Origin: Bacteroidaceae bacterium
Lineage (GTDB): Bacteria; Bacteroidota; Bacteroidia; Bacteroidales; Bacteroidaceae
Length of the DNA: 64,000 nt
Assembly: GCA_017398805.1 (NCBI GenBank)
Contig: JAFQEZ010000063.1
Location: forward strand, 43,472 to 107,471
Reading direction: 5' to 3'
The translations under genes and the position numbers were made by a program. Under the pieces are notes generated by a model. It searched no databases, was not told where the DNA came from, and saw nothing but the letters and a program-made list of their open reading frames with translations. Every line of letters begins with the position of its first letter. Within the stretch, counting starts at the first letter, position 1. Shown in pieces: positions 9,757-20,081 of this stretch.

Positions 9757-12751
9757 ATAGTTCTTTGATTTTGGGGATTAATGCTACTTCCTCATCTGTC
9801 ATTCCGTAGAGGTTGTTGATTGCTCGTTGCTGCTCTGTCTTCTGCAATTCAAATTGACGTTTCAGAGGCGTTGATTTTCTGGTATTGCTTCCTGCTGCTA
9901 CAATTCTATCACCTAACGTAATCAGTGACTTCTGCCGTTCGACAATTTCATTGTGCACTGCAACATCATCAGGATTGGTGAAATCAATAGTACGTATTGG
10001 GATTTGTTTCAATACTTTTGTTCCACGAGCAATGAATCCACCTCTGAATATTTCACCATATAGGGATGCTAGCCACTCACCCTGAATGGATCCAAGTATC
10101 GCTTGTATGTAATAGATGGAGTAATGACTATCAACAGGAATGCTGACTAGGCAATAACCAGCCGTACCGCCAGAAGAAACCAAAGTACCATTTGTGTCAA
10201 CCGCATATTTATTTTCCTGAGCAAGTACACCAACTATTATCTTCTCTGAAATCTCACATGCTTCAAGACTCTGATGACGGCCGAAACGATGCCATTCGTC
10301 TGCTGTTGTTGGGGTTGGCTTGATGTCTCTGCCTGGACGGTCAAGTTCTGGTTGAATTGCAGTAAGGTAATTGTAGAAATGTGGGTATTTGCGTTGGATA
10401 GTGCTAAGCTTTATAATATCCAGTTTGCCGTCAAATCCTTTTTTGTAAGGAAAAATTACACGTGCATTAGGTTTGAATGTACGATAGGTGTTGAGTGAAT
10501 CGTTACCCGATACAGTTTTGAAGTATGGTTTTGTCACCTTCTTCTCTACCTGATAATCTTGCTTGTTATACTTGAAATAATAATACTGTCCATCCTCGTT
10601 TTCAGGTTGGAAAATGTACACTTTATTAGCACTCGTTTGAATGCCATTAAAAATGTAATCGTTACCAACAATCTCGCCTAAAGGAGAACTTTGAGTTGAA
10701 ATGTGATTGAGAATTGACTGCAATCTATCAGAACAAAGGATCCAAGCATTTTCCCCTATAAGACAGACATCTCGTTCGTTTTCAGAGAATGAAGTCAAAT
10801 CACGAACTTTCCACCTTGACAAACTATCAATTTCATAATACTTGAAAGAATCATTCTTCTTATTTTGAAGAACGATAATACATGAATATGTTGATTTATC
10901 AGAAAATACCTGATGAGCACCGAATGAAGTGATTGCTTTTATGGCCTTGTGAACAGAAAGGAATTTACGCAGTTCTTTACCAGCACCAACATTCATGAAT
11001 TTACTTGGAACAATGTATCCCATCGCACCATTTTCTTTCAATAGTTTGAATGCACGTTCTATGAATAGAAAATACTTATCGTATTGTTTGTAAGCACTCT
11101 TGTAGCGTTTTGGATAAAGTTTGTGCTCTTTAGGCGTAAACTTCTTGATATCCTCAGTCTTCATGTACGGAGGGTTGCCAACAATATAGTCAAACATACG
11201 TTCTCCGAAGTCAAAAGGATTGATATCTTCAGTTTGATTGTTTGGCACATCAGATGCTTCAAGCAAACTATTTCCATAAAAGATATTCTCATCAAGTGTA
11301 GGCAATACGGGATGGAATGTAGCAATTGTTGACTCATCCTCTCCTTCAAGTAGTTTCAACAGGAGCCCAAACTTACAAGCTTCTACTGCATTGAAGTCTT
11401 TATCAACCCCATAAATACACCTCGTAAGCACCTTTCGTTTAATCTCAAATTTGAGTTTATAGGTATTTATATCTGTTTGGATCAGTTTGCTCCTATCATT
11501 TTTCGTATAAAAGTCAACCAATGCATCACAAAGAAGCTGGAATGTTTCAAGCAAGAATGCACCAGAACCACATGCAATATCAGCACATCTAAGGCTTAGA
11601 ATTTGATTATCTGTCAAATACGCAAGATTATCCTTTATCGTTTGGCGTAGTATTTCACTCACAATAAAATTAGGAGTCGTTACAATGTCTCTGTCTTCAT
11701 TTTCTGGTTTGTTGACGATACTTAACTGGCTGCCAACAACAGCAAGCCTCTGCGAAAGGAAAATCTCATAAATCTTACCGAGGATATCGGATGATAGAAC
11801 AGCAAACGAGTAAGGACTTTGTGGAAAATAAAGTTCACGGATAATTGACCAGAAAGAAGAACTTACATTACCAATAATTTCGTCTGATAGTTTTTCCTCA
11901 AAAAGACCTGAATTGTAACGTGAGTCAGCAGATTTGAACTTTGCAATCAGTTCCCGATGGCTGTTGTGGTCAGCTATCTGCAACAAACTTTGGTATGTTT
12001 CAATGTTCCTATCTTCACATACACGGAGGAAGAGAATCTTATTGATGTAACTCTGAACTACATCCCCAAGTTCCTCCATTTCGATTTCTGGGTTATTACG
12101 AAGAATCTCTGTTCCGAGCATCAAGCGCCAATCGTTAATTTGCTGCAAGAAGAGTTCATCAACCGATTTGTGATTTACGTTCACCTCAATCTTACTCCAG
12201 ACCTCATCAAAGCGACCTGAATACACAGAATTCTTACCTAGATACTCCCAAAGTTCCTCTGCGGCATCTTCGTAATCAGTATACTTGTATTCACGGACAA
12301 CAGCTTTAATACGAGTGTCGTTCTGCTCTACAGGAAAAGAGGTGTCATAAATATAAAGATACTCAAAGTTGCTCAATACACTTATCTTCAAACCCGCAGT
12401 AAAGCCATAACGACGAAGCTGCTTTGCTGGATCATCTTCACGCTCAATATGAACGCATGGTTTTTTCGCTTCTAGGAAGAATTTACGTTCACCAAAAAGA
12501 CGGAAAGTGTAGTCTGGTTTCTTAGTATGAGAAGCTACATTTGCTTTTAGCGGTTCTTCTAGCAAAACCTCACGCTCATTTGTGTTCTTGCCAGCAATAT
12601 TACGAATATCCCAACCAAGAATCTCGAACAAAGGATCAAGGAACTCATTTCGCACCTGAGTTTCATTGAAACGCGTTGTGCGATAAATATCCTTTCCTTG
12701 CTCGTATTTCTGAACAAGAGCATGTATTTTGTTTTTTATTTCAACCATCAT
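9743..12751 (-). CDS. Type IIG restriction-modification enzyme (fused PD-(D/E)xK nuclease and N6-adenine methyltransferase), Eco57I-like
   Basis: N-terminal KKPDYTFRL...FFLEAKKP is a PD..ExK motif. Motif I is DIACGSGAFLLE and motif IV is YIVGNPPYMKTED. The 1002-aa size fits this class. Confidence 0.85.
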   Translation of the reverse strand: MMVEIKNKIHALVQKYEQGKDIYRTTRFNETQVRNEFLDPLFEILGWDIRNIAGKNTNEREVLLEEPLKANVASHTKKPDYTFRLFGERKFFLEAKKPCVHIEREDDPAKQLRRYGFTAGLKISVLSNFEYLYIYDTSFPVEQNDTRIKAVVREYKYTDYEDAAEELWEYLGKNSVYSGRFDEVWSKIEVNVNHKSVDELFLQQINDWRLMLGTEILRNNPEIEMEELGDVVQSYINKILFLRVCEDRNIETYQSLLQIADHNSHRELIAKFKSADSRYNSGLFEEKLSDEIIGNVSSSFWSIIRELYFPQSPYSFAVLSSDILGKIYEIFLSQRLAVVGSQLSIVNKPENEDRDIVTTPNFIVSEILRQTIKDNLAYLTDNQILSLRCADIACGSGAFLLETFQLLCDALVDFYTKNDRSKLIQTDINTYKLKFEIKRKVLTRCIYGVDKDFNAVEACKFGLLLKLLEGEDESTIATFHPVLPTLDENIFYGNSLLEASDVPNNQTEDINPFDFGERMFDYIVGNPPYMKTEDIKKFTPKEHKLYPKRYKSAYKQYDKYFLFIERAFKLLKENGAMGYIVPSKFMNVGAGKELRKFLSVHKAIKAITSFGAHQVFSDKSTYSCIIVLQNKKNDSFKYYEIDSLSRWKVRDLTSFSENERDVCLIGENAWILCSDRLQSILNHISTQSSPLGEIVGNDYIFNGIQTSANKVYIFQPENEDGQYYYFKYNKQDYQVEKKVTKPYFKTVSGNDSLNTYRTFKPNARVIFPYKKGFDGKLDIIKLSTIQRKYPHFYNYLTAIQPELDRPGRDIKPTPTTADEWHRFGRHQSLEACEISEKIIVGVLAQENKYAVDTNGTLVSSGGTAGYCLVSIPVDSHYSIYYIQAILGSIQGEWLASLYGEIFRGGFIARGTKVLKQIPIRTIDFTNPDDVAVHNEIVERQKSLITLGDRIVAAGSNTRKSTPLKRQFELQKTEQQRAINNLYGMTDEEVALIPKIKELYAAD

Positions 12752-12778
12752 AATATTTTTGTTACGACATATTTTTAA

Positions 12779-13450
12779 CTACCTACCAGATTCTTTCCTC
12801 AATTCACTCAACGTCTTGCCCTTGTAACTAAAGTACTTAGGACCTTGATAAGTTCCTGATGCGTTTTGCTTATCTTCGGGAATGAACTCACGGGTGAAAG
12901 CAGTTAGTGACCAAAGACGACCTTGGTACTCAACCTTATCATCTGATGCCACGGTGACAGACAAGTTCAGTTCATCAAAAACAACGGTATCACCAACTTT
13001 TAAGCCAATCATGTGGAACTTGAACGCTGGCTTCTGCGCTCTACGTTCATTTTCTCTGCTGTCCGCTTCTATTTTCTTGTCCTCTTCTTTGCTACCGCTA
13101 ATTACCGGTTTACCATCTACATACACCGCAAGTTCTGCATCTTCTAGTAAATCTGCAATGTCTCGCATAATATCAAGAGCAACAGATGGCGCAATATTGA
13201 AAAACTCACGGTTCTGTCGAATGCGCAAGTCTGACAAACGGTCAATCTGCTTATGTATTTGTTTTTCTACCTTGTCATACTTTACAGTTTTCAACGTTGC
13301 ATAGATTTCAAAAGGCAGAGGAACTGCTGTATTGTCCAATTCCTTAGAGCGCACATCTACTGGACGAGAACTTTTACCAATTTTCACCCAATCTTCACGA
13401 AAGCTAGGGTTAGTCAATATGTAAACATAGCCTGAATCTTTATTACACAT
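12779..13450 (-). CDS. T5orf172/GIY-YIG-superfamily domain protein
   Basis: GYVYILTNPSFREDWVKIGKSSRPVDVRSKELDNTAVPLPFEIY. The ATG at 13450 is preferred over the TTG at 13462. Confidence 0.7.
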   Translation of the reverse strand: MCNKDSGYVYILTNPSFREDWVKIGKSSRPVDVRSKELDNTAVPLPFEIYATLKTVKYDKVEKQIHKQIDRLSDLRIRQNREFFNIAPSVALDIMRDIADLLEDAELAVYVDGKPVISGSKEEDKKIEADSRENERRAQKPAFKFHMIGLKVGDTVVFDELNLSVTVASDDKVEYQGRLWSLTAFTREFIPEDKQNASGTYQGPKYFSYKGKTLSELRKESGR

Positions 13451-13552
13451 ACCTTTCCACAAATTAATTAAACTTTTCCTGTCTTACCAAATCCAGAACT
13501 GCAACGTCATGAACAATTGCAGCTGCGGTTCTTTTTTGCCACAGAACACTTG

Positions 13553-13759
13553 TTATCCCATCTCTGTATCATTAAGAAGGTTCTTCACGTCTACATTTAA
13601 CAGTTTTGCAATTTTATCCAAAGTCGCAAGATCCGGCTGACTGGAGTTGCTGCACCATTTACTGACCGTGCAAGTGGATTTGCCCATTTGTTCAGCCAAC
13701 CATTTACCTGTTTTCTGCTGTTCAACAAGAACTACTTTTATTCGATTCAGATTTGCCAT
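13553..13759 (-). CDS. XRE-family helix-turn-helix regulator, possible controller of the R-M operon
   Basis: 68 aa. QQKTGKWLAEQMGKSTCTVSKWCSNSSQPDLATLDKIAKLLNV is a typical Cro/C1 HTH. It is the first gene of the minus-strand string. Confidence 0.8.
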   Translation of the reverse strand: MANLNRIKVVLVEQQKTGKWLAEQMGKSTCTVSKWCSNSSQPDLATLDKIAKLLNVDVKNLLNDTEMG

Positions 13760-13990
13760 TGTATCCTAATTTATTTAACTGTAACGCAAATATATTAAAA
13801 TAATTGTAAAATCAAGAATTCTTAGACTTATTTTTTGCATCCAATCACATGCAAGCCACAAGATTATTGGTTCGTTCGGTGAAAGCGCCTAAATTATCAT
13901 TGAAAAATCTTATCACTCAAAAAAAGTATATTATATTCGCAACTGAAATAAAAGTGCACGAGTAATCTTGACAGAGCAGAGTAATTTGGA

Positions 13991-14440
13991 ATGAAAACAA
14001 AATACGAAATATTCATTGACGCGGTTTCGTATGCTATGGAAGACCATTCGTACAATGTCATCTGGTATTATGATTTTGACGAGCAAGATATCGTTCCCGT
14101 TATTGAAGATAACGGATGTTATCCCAAAGATGGGCACCGGGTACTCAGAATTGAACCATTACCATCAAGGGTTTTATTCCGCATAATGGAAGATTTTGCA
14201 AACTCGCTTCCTGAGGGCCAAGAGAAAGAAAAGTTATTGATGTCATTGCGATACCGCAAGCCGTTCTCGTCATTCAAGCAGACGCTGGTCTACACAAGCC
14301 AACGTGAAAATTGGTTTGCTTTCAAGGAAAAACAGATGCAAGAAATCATTGAAGAATGGATGAGCGACGAAGGAATTGTTTACAAGGATGAAGTATTCAA
14401 CTGCAATGGACCAAGCGTCTTTGAATACCACCTAGATTGA
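13991..14440 (+). CDS. UPF0158-like small protein
   Basis: 149-aa ORF. The RKPFSSFKQTL...WFAFKEKQMQEIIEEW pattern resembles the UPF0158 family. Confidence 0.5.
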   Translation: MKTKYEIFIDAVSYAMEDHSYNVIWYYDFDEQDIVPVIEDNGCYPKDGHRVLRIEPLPSRVLFRIMEDFANSLPEGQEKEKLLMSLRYRKPFSSFKQTLVYTSQRENWFAFKEKQMQEIIEEWMSDEGIVYKDEVFNCNGPSVFEYHLD

Positions 14441-14543
14441 AACAAACAAGCAAAGAAAAAGATCCTTCCGTCGCTCCGCTCTGTCAGGATGAACAGAACC
14501 CTATAGAGATGCTTCGCGTTGCTCAGCATGACAGACAAGACCA

Positions 14544-16757
14544 TTACAGCGCATACGTCACACTCACAGTCATGTTACGGCCGGGAGCACTGATGCCGCA
14601 GCTGTAAGGACGGTAGCGCCTGTCGGTGAGGTTCTCTAAGGTAGCATTGACTGAAAGACCTTTCGCAAAGCGGTATGATGCACGCAGGTTTAGCGTAATC
14701 CACCCCGGGGAGTAAGCGTTGCCCTCCTTGTCAAGTGCATAGAGCTCGGTCTTTTCTTTCTCTTCCTCGGGCATGTCATCTGCACTGCACTCTGCCTGAA
14801 ATGTAGTGAAAGCCTCAACGGTAAGCCTGTCGCATTTATAGCCGATGGCGGCTCGCCCGAAGAGCGGCGCTGCATGGCGCGAGGGGGATTTTTCTCCATT
14901 GTCAAGCTCTTCCCGACCTCGCTGCCAGTTAAGGCTCGCATTGGCATAGAACCACTTGGCAAAGCGTGCGTCGAGAGCCGCCTGCACACCCCACACATTG
15001 GCTACAGCGGCATTCTGCAATGCCTGTACCCTACACTCCTCGCCGCCATACTCCATTGTGGGCGAACCGTCAAATGTGTAGTCGCGTCTCACTATTGCGT
15101 TATCCAAGCGTGTATAATATGCAGTGATATCGGCAGTAAGATTTGAACCGAAACGCTTGGCAATGCCTATCTCGACATTATCGGCATATTCCGGCTTCAA
15201 TGAGGGGTTAGGCACAGTGACGCAACCGTCGACACTGTCGAACAGTTTGCCCATGTCATCGACATTGGGAGCACGGAAGCCACGTGCATAGTTTACGCGG
15301 AATAGCCACCCTGATGTCGGACGCCAGTTAAGGCCGATGTTACCGCTGACACTGCCTGCCGAAGCACTCTGCCGGGGAGCGAACGGGATTTCATAGCCTG
15401 CCGTAGAAAAATCGTTCTCAATCCAGTAATAGTTATATCGCAAGCCGGCAGCTACATTCAGACGGTTTGTCACATGCCAGTCGGCCTGGGCATAGACTCC
15501 TGCACTGTGCCACTCGGCCTTGGGGTAACGTGCCGCCATGAGCTCTTTGTTGCCTGTGAGGATATCCGTTGCCACACCCTTTGAGCGCACGTCGTTCCTG
15601 ACATACTCGGCGCCATATGAGATTGAGAGCGCATCAAACGGATTCTTGAGGAAGTCTATATTAGCGCTCCATGCATCGACCTTTTCACTCTGTGTCTCGC
15701 GCATGGGTTTGTTCAGGTCACGGCTTATGCGGCTCTCCTCGAACCGTTGCAGCGCAAGGTCAAGCCTGAGCGAATCGTACACTGCACCGCCACCGGCATG
15801 CTCCACACGCAGATGACTCATAATCCACTTCTGTGGGCCATAGTTCCACTCGGCATACCGTGGTAGCCCGCCGCGCATGCGCTGATGACGGTCGTAGCGT
15901 GCATACTCCGATGTCTCGCTCAGGTGGAATGCATACTCAAGATTCCATGCGGCTGCAGGGGTATAACGCACCTTCTGCATGAAGTTCATCTGCGAATAGC
16001 CGCTGGGTGACTGTCTGCGTTTGTCGCCGTTGACAGCCACGATATCATCAATCTCGCCATTGGCATTGATGCTTGGAATTACGATATATGGCATTATATA
16101 ATCCTCGGGGCCATGCAGACCTTGTTCTAGGTCATCGAAAGAGGATGCTGTAAAACTTGTAAGCAATGCCCAACGCTTCCACCCCACCCCGGCATGAACA
16201 TGTGCGGTAAGTTCATTGGATGCTGTTGCAGTGCGCACCGTTGCCGAAGCGTATGCAACCGGCTTATCTCCTTTAGACAAGCGTGGCTAAACAGTACTGA
16301 ATACCATTGCACCGCCTATGGCATCGCTGCCGTAACTTACCGCACCCGGGCCGAACAACACCTCGGTATTGCCGATGGTGAAAGGGTCGAGCGATATTAC
16401 ATTCTGCAGATTGCCGGCACGGAAGATTGCGCTGTTCATGCGCACACCGTCAATGCTGTAGATCAGACGATTTGTGGCAAAGCCGCGTATCATGGGGCTG
16501 CCACCGCCATACTGGCTCTTCTGTATAAAGACCTCGCCGGTAAGCCCCAACATGTCGGCTGCTGTCTGCGGATTGAATGCGTTAGACTTCTCGAATGAGA
16601 GGCGTGCAATCTTTACAGGCTGCGACTCTTTATCCTGACACCAGCGGCTTGCAGAGAGAACAAACTCATCTAACCTGTGGCTGTATTCAATACTATCCTG
16701 CGCAACCGCCACAAAAGGGAGCATCGCACACAGCAAAAAGAGTATTCTGTTTTTCAT
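14544..16757 (-). pseudogene. TonB-dependent receptor interrupted by one in-frame TAG
   Basis: The plug ORF (16287-16757, signal peptide MKNRILFLLCAMLPFVAVAQ) and the barrel ORF (14544-16280) are in the same frame. They are separated only by TAG at 16287-16289: ...MVFSTV*PRLSKGDKP... Confidence 0.8.
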
Positions 16758-16766
16758 AGCCCGAGA

Positions 16767-19700
16767 TTACTTCACCAACAGTTTGCCGGTCTTCTGATAG
16801 CCGGCCTCATCGGTTGCAAGATAGAAATAGATTCCCCCTTCGTAGCCTGTTGTGTCCACACTCATGCTGCCTGCTGAGAGCAGACTTGCCACCACATTAC
16901 CTTTTGCATCGTAGACAACCAACGAGACATTGCCTGTGAGGTTACGAGGAACAAAGACAAAGCATTCGCCACCGGTCACTACATTTCCGCTCTCAAGTAT
17001 CAGTTCCTTGCCTGCAAACAACTGTTCCACCGATGTACCCTCGGGCACAGGCTTGTTGCCCTTTATCATTGCCTCGATACATTTTGTATCGCTACCGCCG
17101 GGAGTTGTTACGGTAAGTGTAATGTCATATGTCTGGTCGGGCTCTATTGTTATCTGCGGATTGCGCGCTGATGCATCGGAGATTGAGAGCGGTGCCGGAT
17201 TTATTGTCCATTGCCACTCGGCATTCTCCTGATTCACTATGCTGTAGCTGTCGAGCTGTATCGTGCGCGGATAGTTTGCCGAGGTGTTGTCACCCGATCC
17301 GGCATTCAGGATAATCGGCTGCGCAATGGGTTTGAACTGAGCATCGGCCAGTTCACGCTCCCATATTCCGTTATTGGTCGCAAGACGTATCACACCCTCT
17401 TTGTAGAAGGGCAACATGCGGTTGAGGTTCACAACCTTCGGAAGACCGTCGCTGTAGTTCACCCAACCGTCTGTTGTATCATCCCTGTAAAGCACTCTTC
17501 CACGTGGAGTAGTATAAGACTCGTTCAGGTAACCCATGGTAAATGCAATGGCATATACTGCATTTTTTTCGTTACCGGTAAGGAAGAAACGCCCGACCTG
17601 ATGAGGTTCCAGTTTATTATCCCAGCTGGTAATAGTCAAGCCGTCATCCAGTTTCTCCCACGATGCGCCATTGTCAACGGTGCGCCAGAAGCCTCCGGCA
17701 TTACCGTCGCTAACCCATATCTCGTTCTCATTGCGAGGGTGGATTCCTATCTTATAGTTTATGCTATGTGTCATTTCATCGGGGATAGGATACTCGTTGA
17801 ACGTCATGCCCGCGTCAAGCGAATAGAAGAGACGTCCCCAGGTTGAAACCACAATCTTGTCGGGGTTCGAACGCGAAACAGAAAATGCCGAAATCGGGTT
17901 CTCAAAAGTATACACAGTTGAGAACGAGGCTCCATCATCGGTTGTACGCCACAAAGTCCTGTATTCTTCATCGTATGTACCCTGCACAATGTAGAAGCAC
18001 TGCGCATAGCGGGGGTCAAATTCAAAGCCTATACCATGCTGCGATGATTCCTTGGGATATGTCCAGTAGTCGAGAAACGGCACGAACTCATCGCGCCAGT
18101 CATCAGGCATTATTACATTCTCTGAGTCGCTGAATGCCACCTTGCGCGGATTAGAGAGGAAGACATAACCTGTAGGACGCTCCGAACCTCGCATCGAAAG
18201 GGTGACACCATTGTAGCGGTCGAGCTGCGACATGTTTCCGTTGTGGTTACGACCGCCTACCATAACATCCTCGTTCCAGCCCTGGTCAAAGCCCCACATC
18301 TCCGAAGCGTAGAGACCATGGAGTTTGGGTTGAGCGTCGGAGAGGAAAAAATCATTGCTGTATATCATTCCACCGTCGGTCGAAAGCCATGTATCTCCGG
18401 CACCGTTAGTCTGTATGCACTGCATATCGCAATGCAGGTCGAAGCGACCGTAATAACCGCCAATATTCTCAAGAGTCTTTCCGCCGTCGGTCGAACGGTA
18501 AAGCTGTATTATTCCCACAAGCAACTGCTCGGGGTCTGTAGCCGATGCTGTACAGACGAGGTCGTAATATCCCTGCCCGCCGTTCTTGTCGACATGCTCC
18601 AGTTGTCCTACCGGGTCGGTAACGGTGAACGATGCACCACCGTCTGTACTCTTGTAGAGCAAAGGAGGTCCACTGAAATAGAGAGGACCCGGTTGCGAGA
18701 GATGATTTCTTCTACAGGCCCAAAGATAGAGATAATCGGCACCATTAGGAGCTTCGCTCAATCCGATGCGCGCGCTGATGAGCGGCTGGTCATCGAGCGT
18801 GAGAAGATTCCACGATGCACCGCCATCGGTGCTCTTGTATAGCTTCACGGTATAATTTTGCTCTATGGCAACATAACATACATCGGGGTTCTGCACCGAG
18901 AACTTTATATCGAAAACCATACCGCCAAGCGCCCACTGCCATGTTGCTCCGCCATCGGTCGATCGCCACAGCTGTGCGCGGTCACCTGCCAGTATTATCT
19001 TGTCATCCGAGGGGTGGAACTGCGCAGAACTTGTGCGCGCATAAGTATCCTTTTCGGGAGTTATATCATCCCAGTTCACGCCACCGTCATTACTTATCCA
19101 GAAGACGCCTCCTGCACCCACAAGCACGCGGTCAGGGTTACTAGAACTTATATCGATTGTGGTTATCTCGCCTGCCATCCACTCGCCTCCGTTGCAAGGG
19201 CTCCATGTCTCGCCTTTGTCAATGGTGCGGAACACAAGACCCGTTTCCGATCCGCAGTACAGCACATCGGGATTGGAACGTGAGGCCTTGAAACGCTGTA
19301 TGTTCGCCTGGGCGGGAGAGAGCTTCTTATGCTGATAGTCATAGGTGACAATGGGCGAGATTACTCTCCACGGAGCGACAGTACCGCCATCGCGGACAGC
19401 TGTTGTCCGCATTTTGCCTGCGCGTTCCATGCGCACCTCGGCAGCAGCCCGCTTGACTTCGTTATGATAATTCCCTGCCGGCGGAAGTTTTATCCTTCCA
19501 TCGGGCTGCACAAAGCGTGAATAGGCCTTCTGGAAACGGCGGAAATGGTTGACCACCTGCTTAGTCTCGGGGCTCTTGCGGCGAGCACCCGGATTGTCGT
19601 GAAGATATATGTTAAAACTGTCGACAAGGGCATTGTAATCGAGCCCGTCGGGGCTCATCATCTGTGCCATCCAGACAGGCGAGCCTGCCGGCAGATAATT

Positions 19701-19808
19701 CAGTTTATATGGAGTGAACAGAGAATCATGTTTGACGCTCTCCTGTGCACTCGCGCTCAACAGAGAGAGCGCACATATTGCTGATATGAGTATTTTCTTA
19801 TATTTCAT
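16767..19808 (-). CDS. BNR/Asp-box repeat (sortilin/VPS10-like) secreted protein with a PKD-like domain and T9SS C-terminal sorting domain
   Basis: Signal peptide. Repeated SxDxGxxW boxes (STDGGATW, STDGGASW, SNDGGVNW, VDNGASW). TYDITLTVTTPGG is PKD-like. The C-terminus GIYFYLATDEAGYQKTGKLLVK is CTD-like. Confidence 0.8.
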   Translation of the reverse strand: MKYKKILISAICALSLLSASAQESVKHDSLFTPYKLNYLPAGSPVWMAQMMSPDGLDYNALVDSFNIYLHDNPGARRKSPETKQVVNHFRRFQKAYSRFVQPDGRIKLPPAGNYHNEVKRAAAEVRMERAGKMRTTAVRDGGTVAPWRVISPIVTYDYQHKKLSPAQANIQRFKASRSNPDVLYCGSETGLVFRTIDKGETWSPCNGGEWMAGEITTIDISSSNPDRVLVGAGGVFWISNDGGVNWDDITPEKDTYARTSSAQFHPSDDKIILAGDRAQLWRSTDGGATWQWALGGMVFDIKFSVQNPDVCYVAIEQNYTVKLYKSTDGGASWNLLTLDDQPLISARIGLSEAPNGADYLYLWACRRNHLSQPGPLYFSGPPLLYKSTDGGASFTVTDPVGQLEHVDKNGGQGYYDLVCTASATDPEQLLVGIIQLYRSTDGGKTLENIGGYYGRFDLHCDMQCIQTNGAGDTWLSTDGGMIYSNDFFLSDAQPKLHGLYASEMWGFDQGWNEDVMVGGRNHNGNMSQLDRYNGVTLSMRGSERPTGYVFLSNPRKVAFSDSENVIMPDDWRDEFVPFLDYWTYPKESSQHGIGFEFDPRYAQCFYIVQGTYDEEYRTLWRTTDDGASFSTVYTFENPISAFSVSRSNPDKIVVSTWGRLFYSLDAGMTFNEYPIPDEMTHSINYKIGIHPRNENEIWVSDGNAGGFWRTVDNGASWEKLDDGLTITSWDNKLEPHQVGRFFLTGNEKNAVYAIAFTMGYLNESYTTPRGRVLYRDDTTDGWVNYSDGLPKVVNLNRMLPFYKEGVIRLATNNGIWERELADAQFKPIAQPIILNAGSGDNTSANYPRTIQLDSYSIVNQENAEWQWTINPAPLSISDASARNPQITIEPDQTYDITLTVTTPGGSDTKCIEAMIKGNKPVPEGTSVEQLFAGKELILESGNVVTGGECFVFVPRNLTGNVSLVVYDAKGNVVASLLSAGSMSVDTTGYEGGIYFYLATDEAGYQKTGKLLVK

Positions 19809-19946
19809 ATTTTCTTGAATTATTATTGCTGATTACGAGATATCTCGCATACGCTCGATATGACAATGCTGCTGGCTGTAAATAACAATATCGCGGATTT
19901 GTCATTCTATATTTGCAAGGTCGTTGGCTCGTTCATCCTTTAACGG

Positions 19947-19983
19947 CCCGCACGGCATGAGTTTAACCCATGCTGCGTGCGAC
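19947..19983. repeat. GC-rich intergenic hairpin element; second copy at 55921-55957
   Basis: CCCGCACGGCAT-loop-ATGCTGCGTGCGAC. The same arms with a different loop occur at 55921-55957. Confidence 0.7.
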
Positions 19984-20081
19984 CAACCGCTAATGAACTC
20001 GCCGATAACAAAACTAAAGTTTTGTCATTCCGAAACGAAGTGAGGAATCTCAAGTTTTTCCATTTGTTTACTGTTGATATA

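Noticed and set aside
16287-16289. Programmed recoding (pyrrolysine or read-through) at the in-frame TAG of the TonB-dependent receptor.
   Set aside because: There is no Pyl machinery or recoding signal visible. A simple nonsense mutation or sequencing error is far more likely.
17211-18842. Long antisense ORFs inside the BNR genes, with similar cases at 50095-51174 and 59832-60486.
   Set aside because: These are shadow ORFs on the opposite strand of well-supported GC-rich genes.
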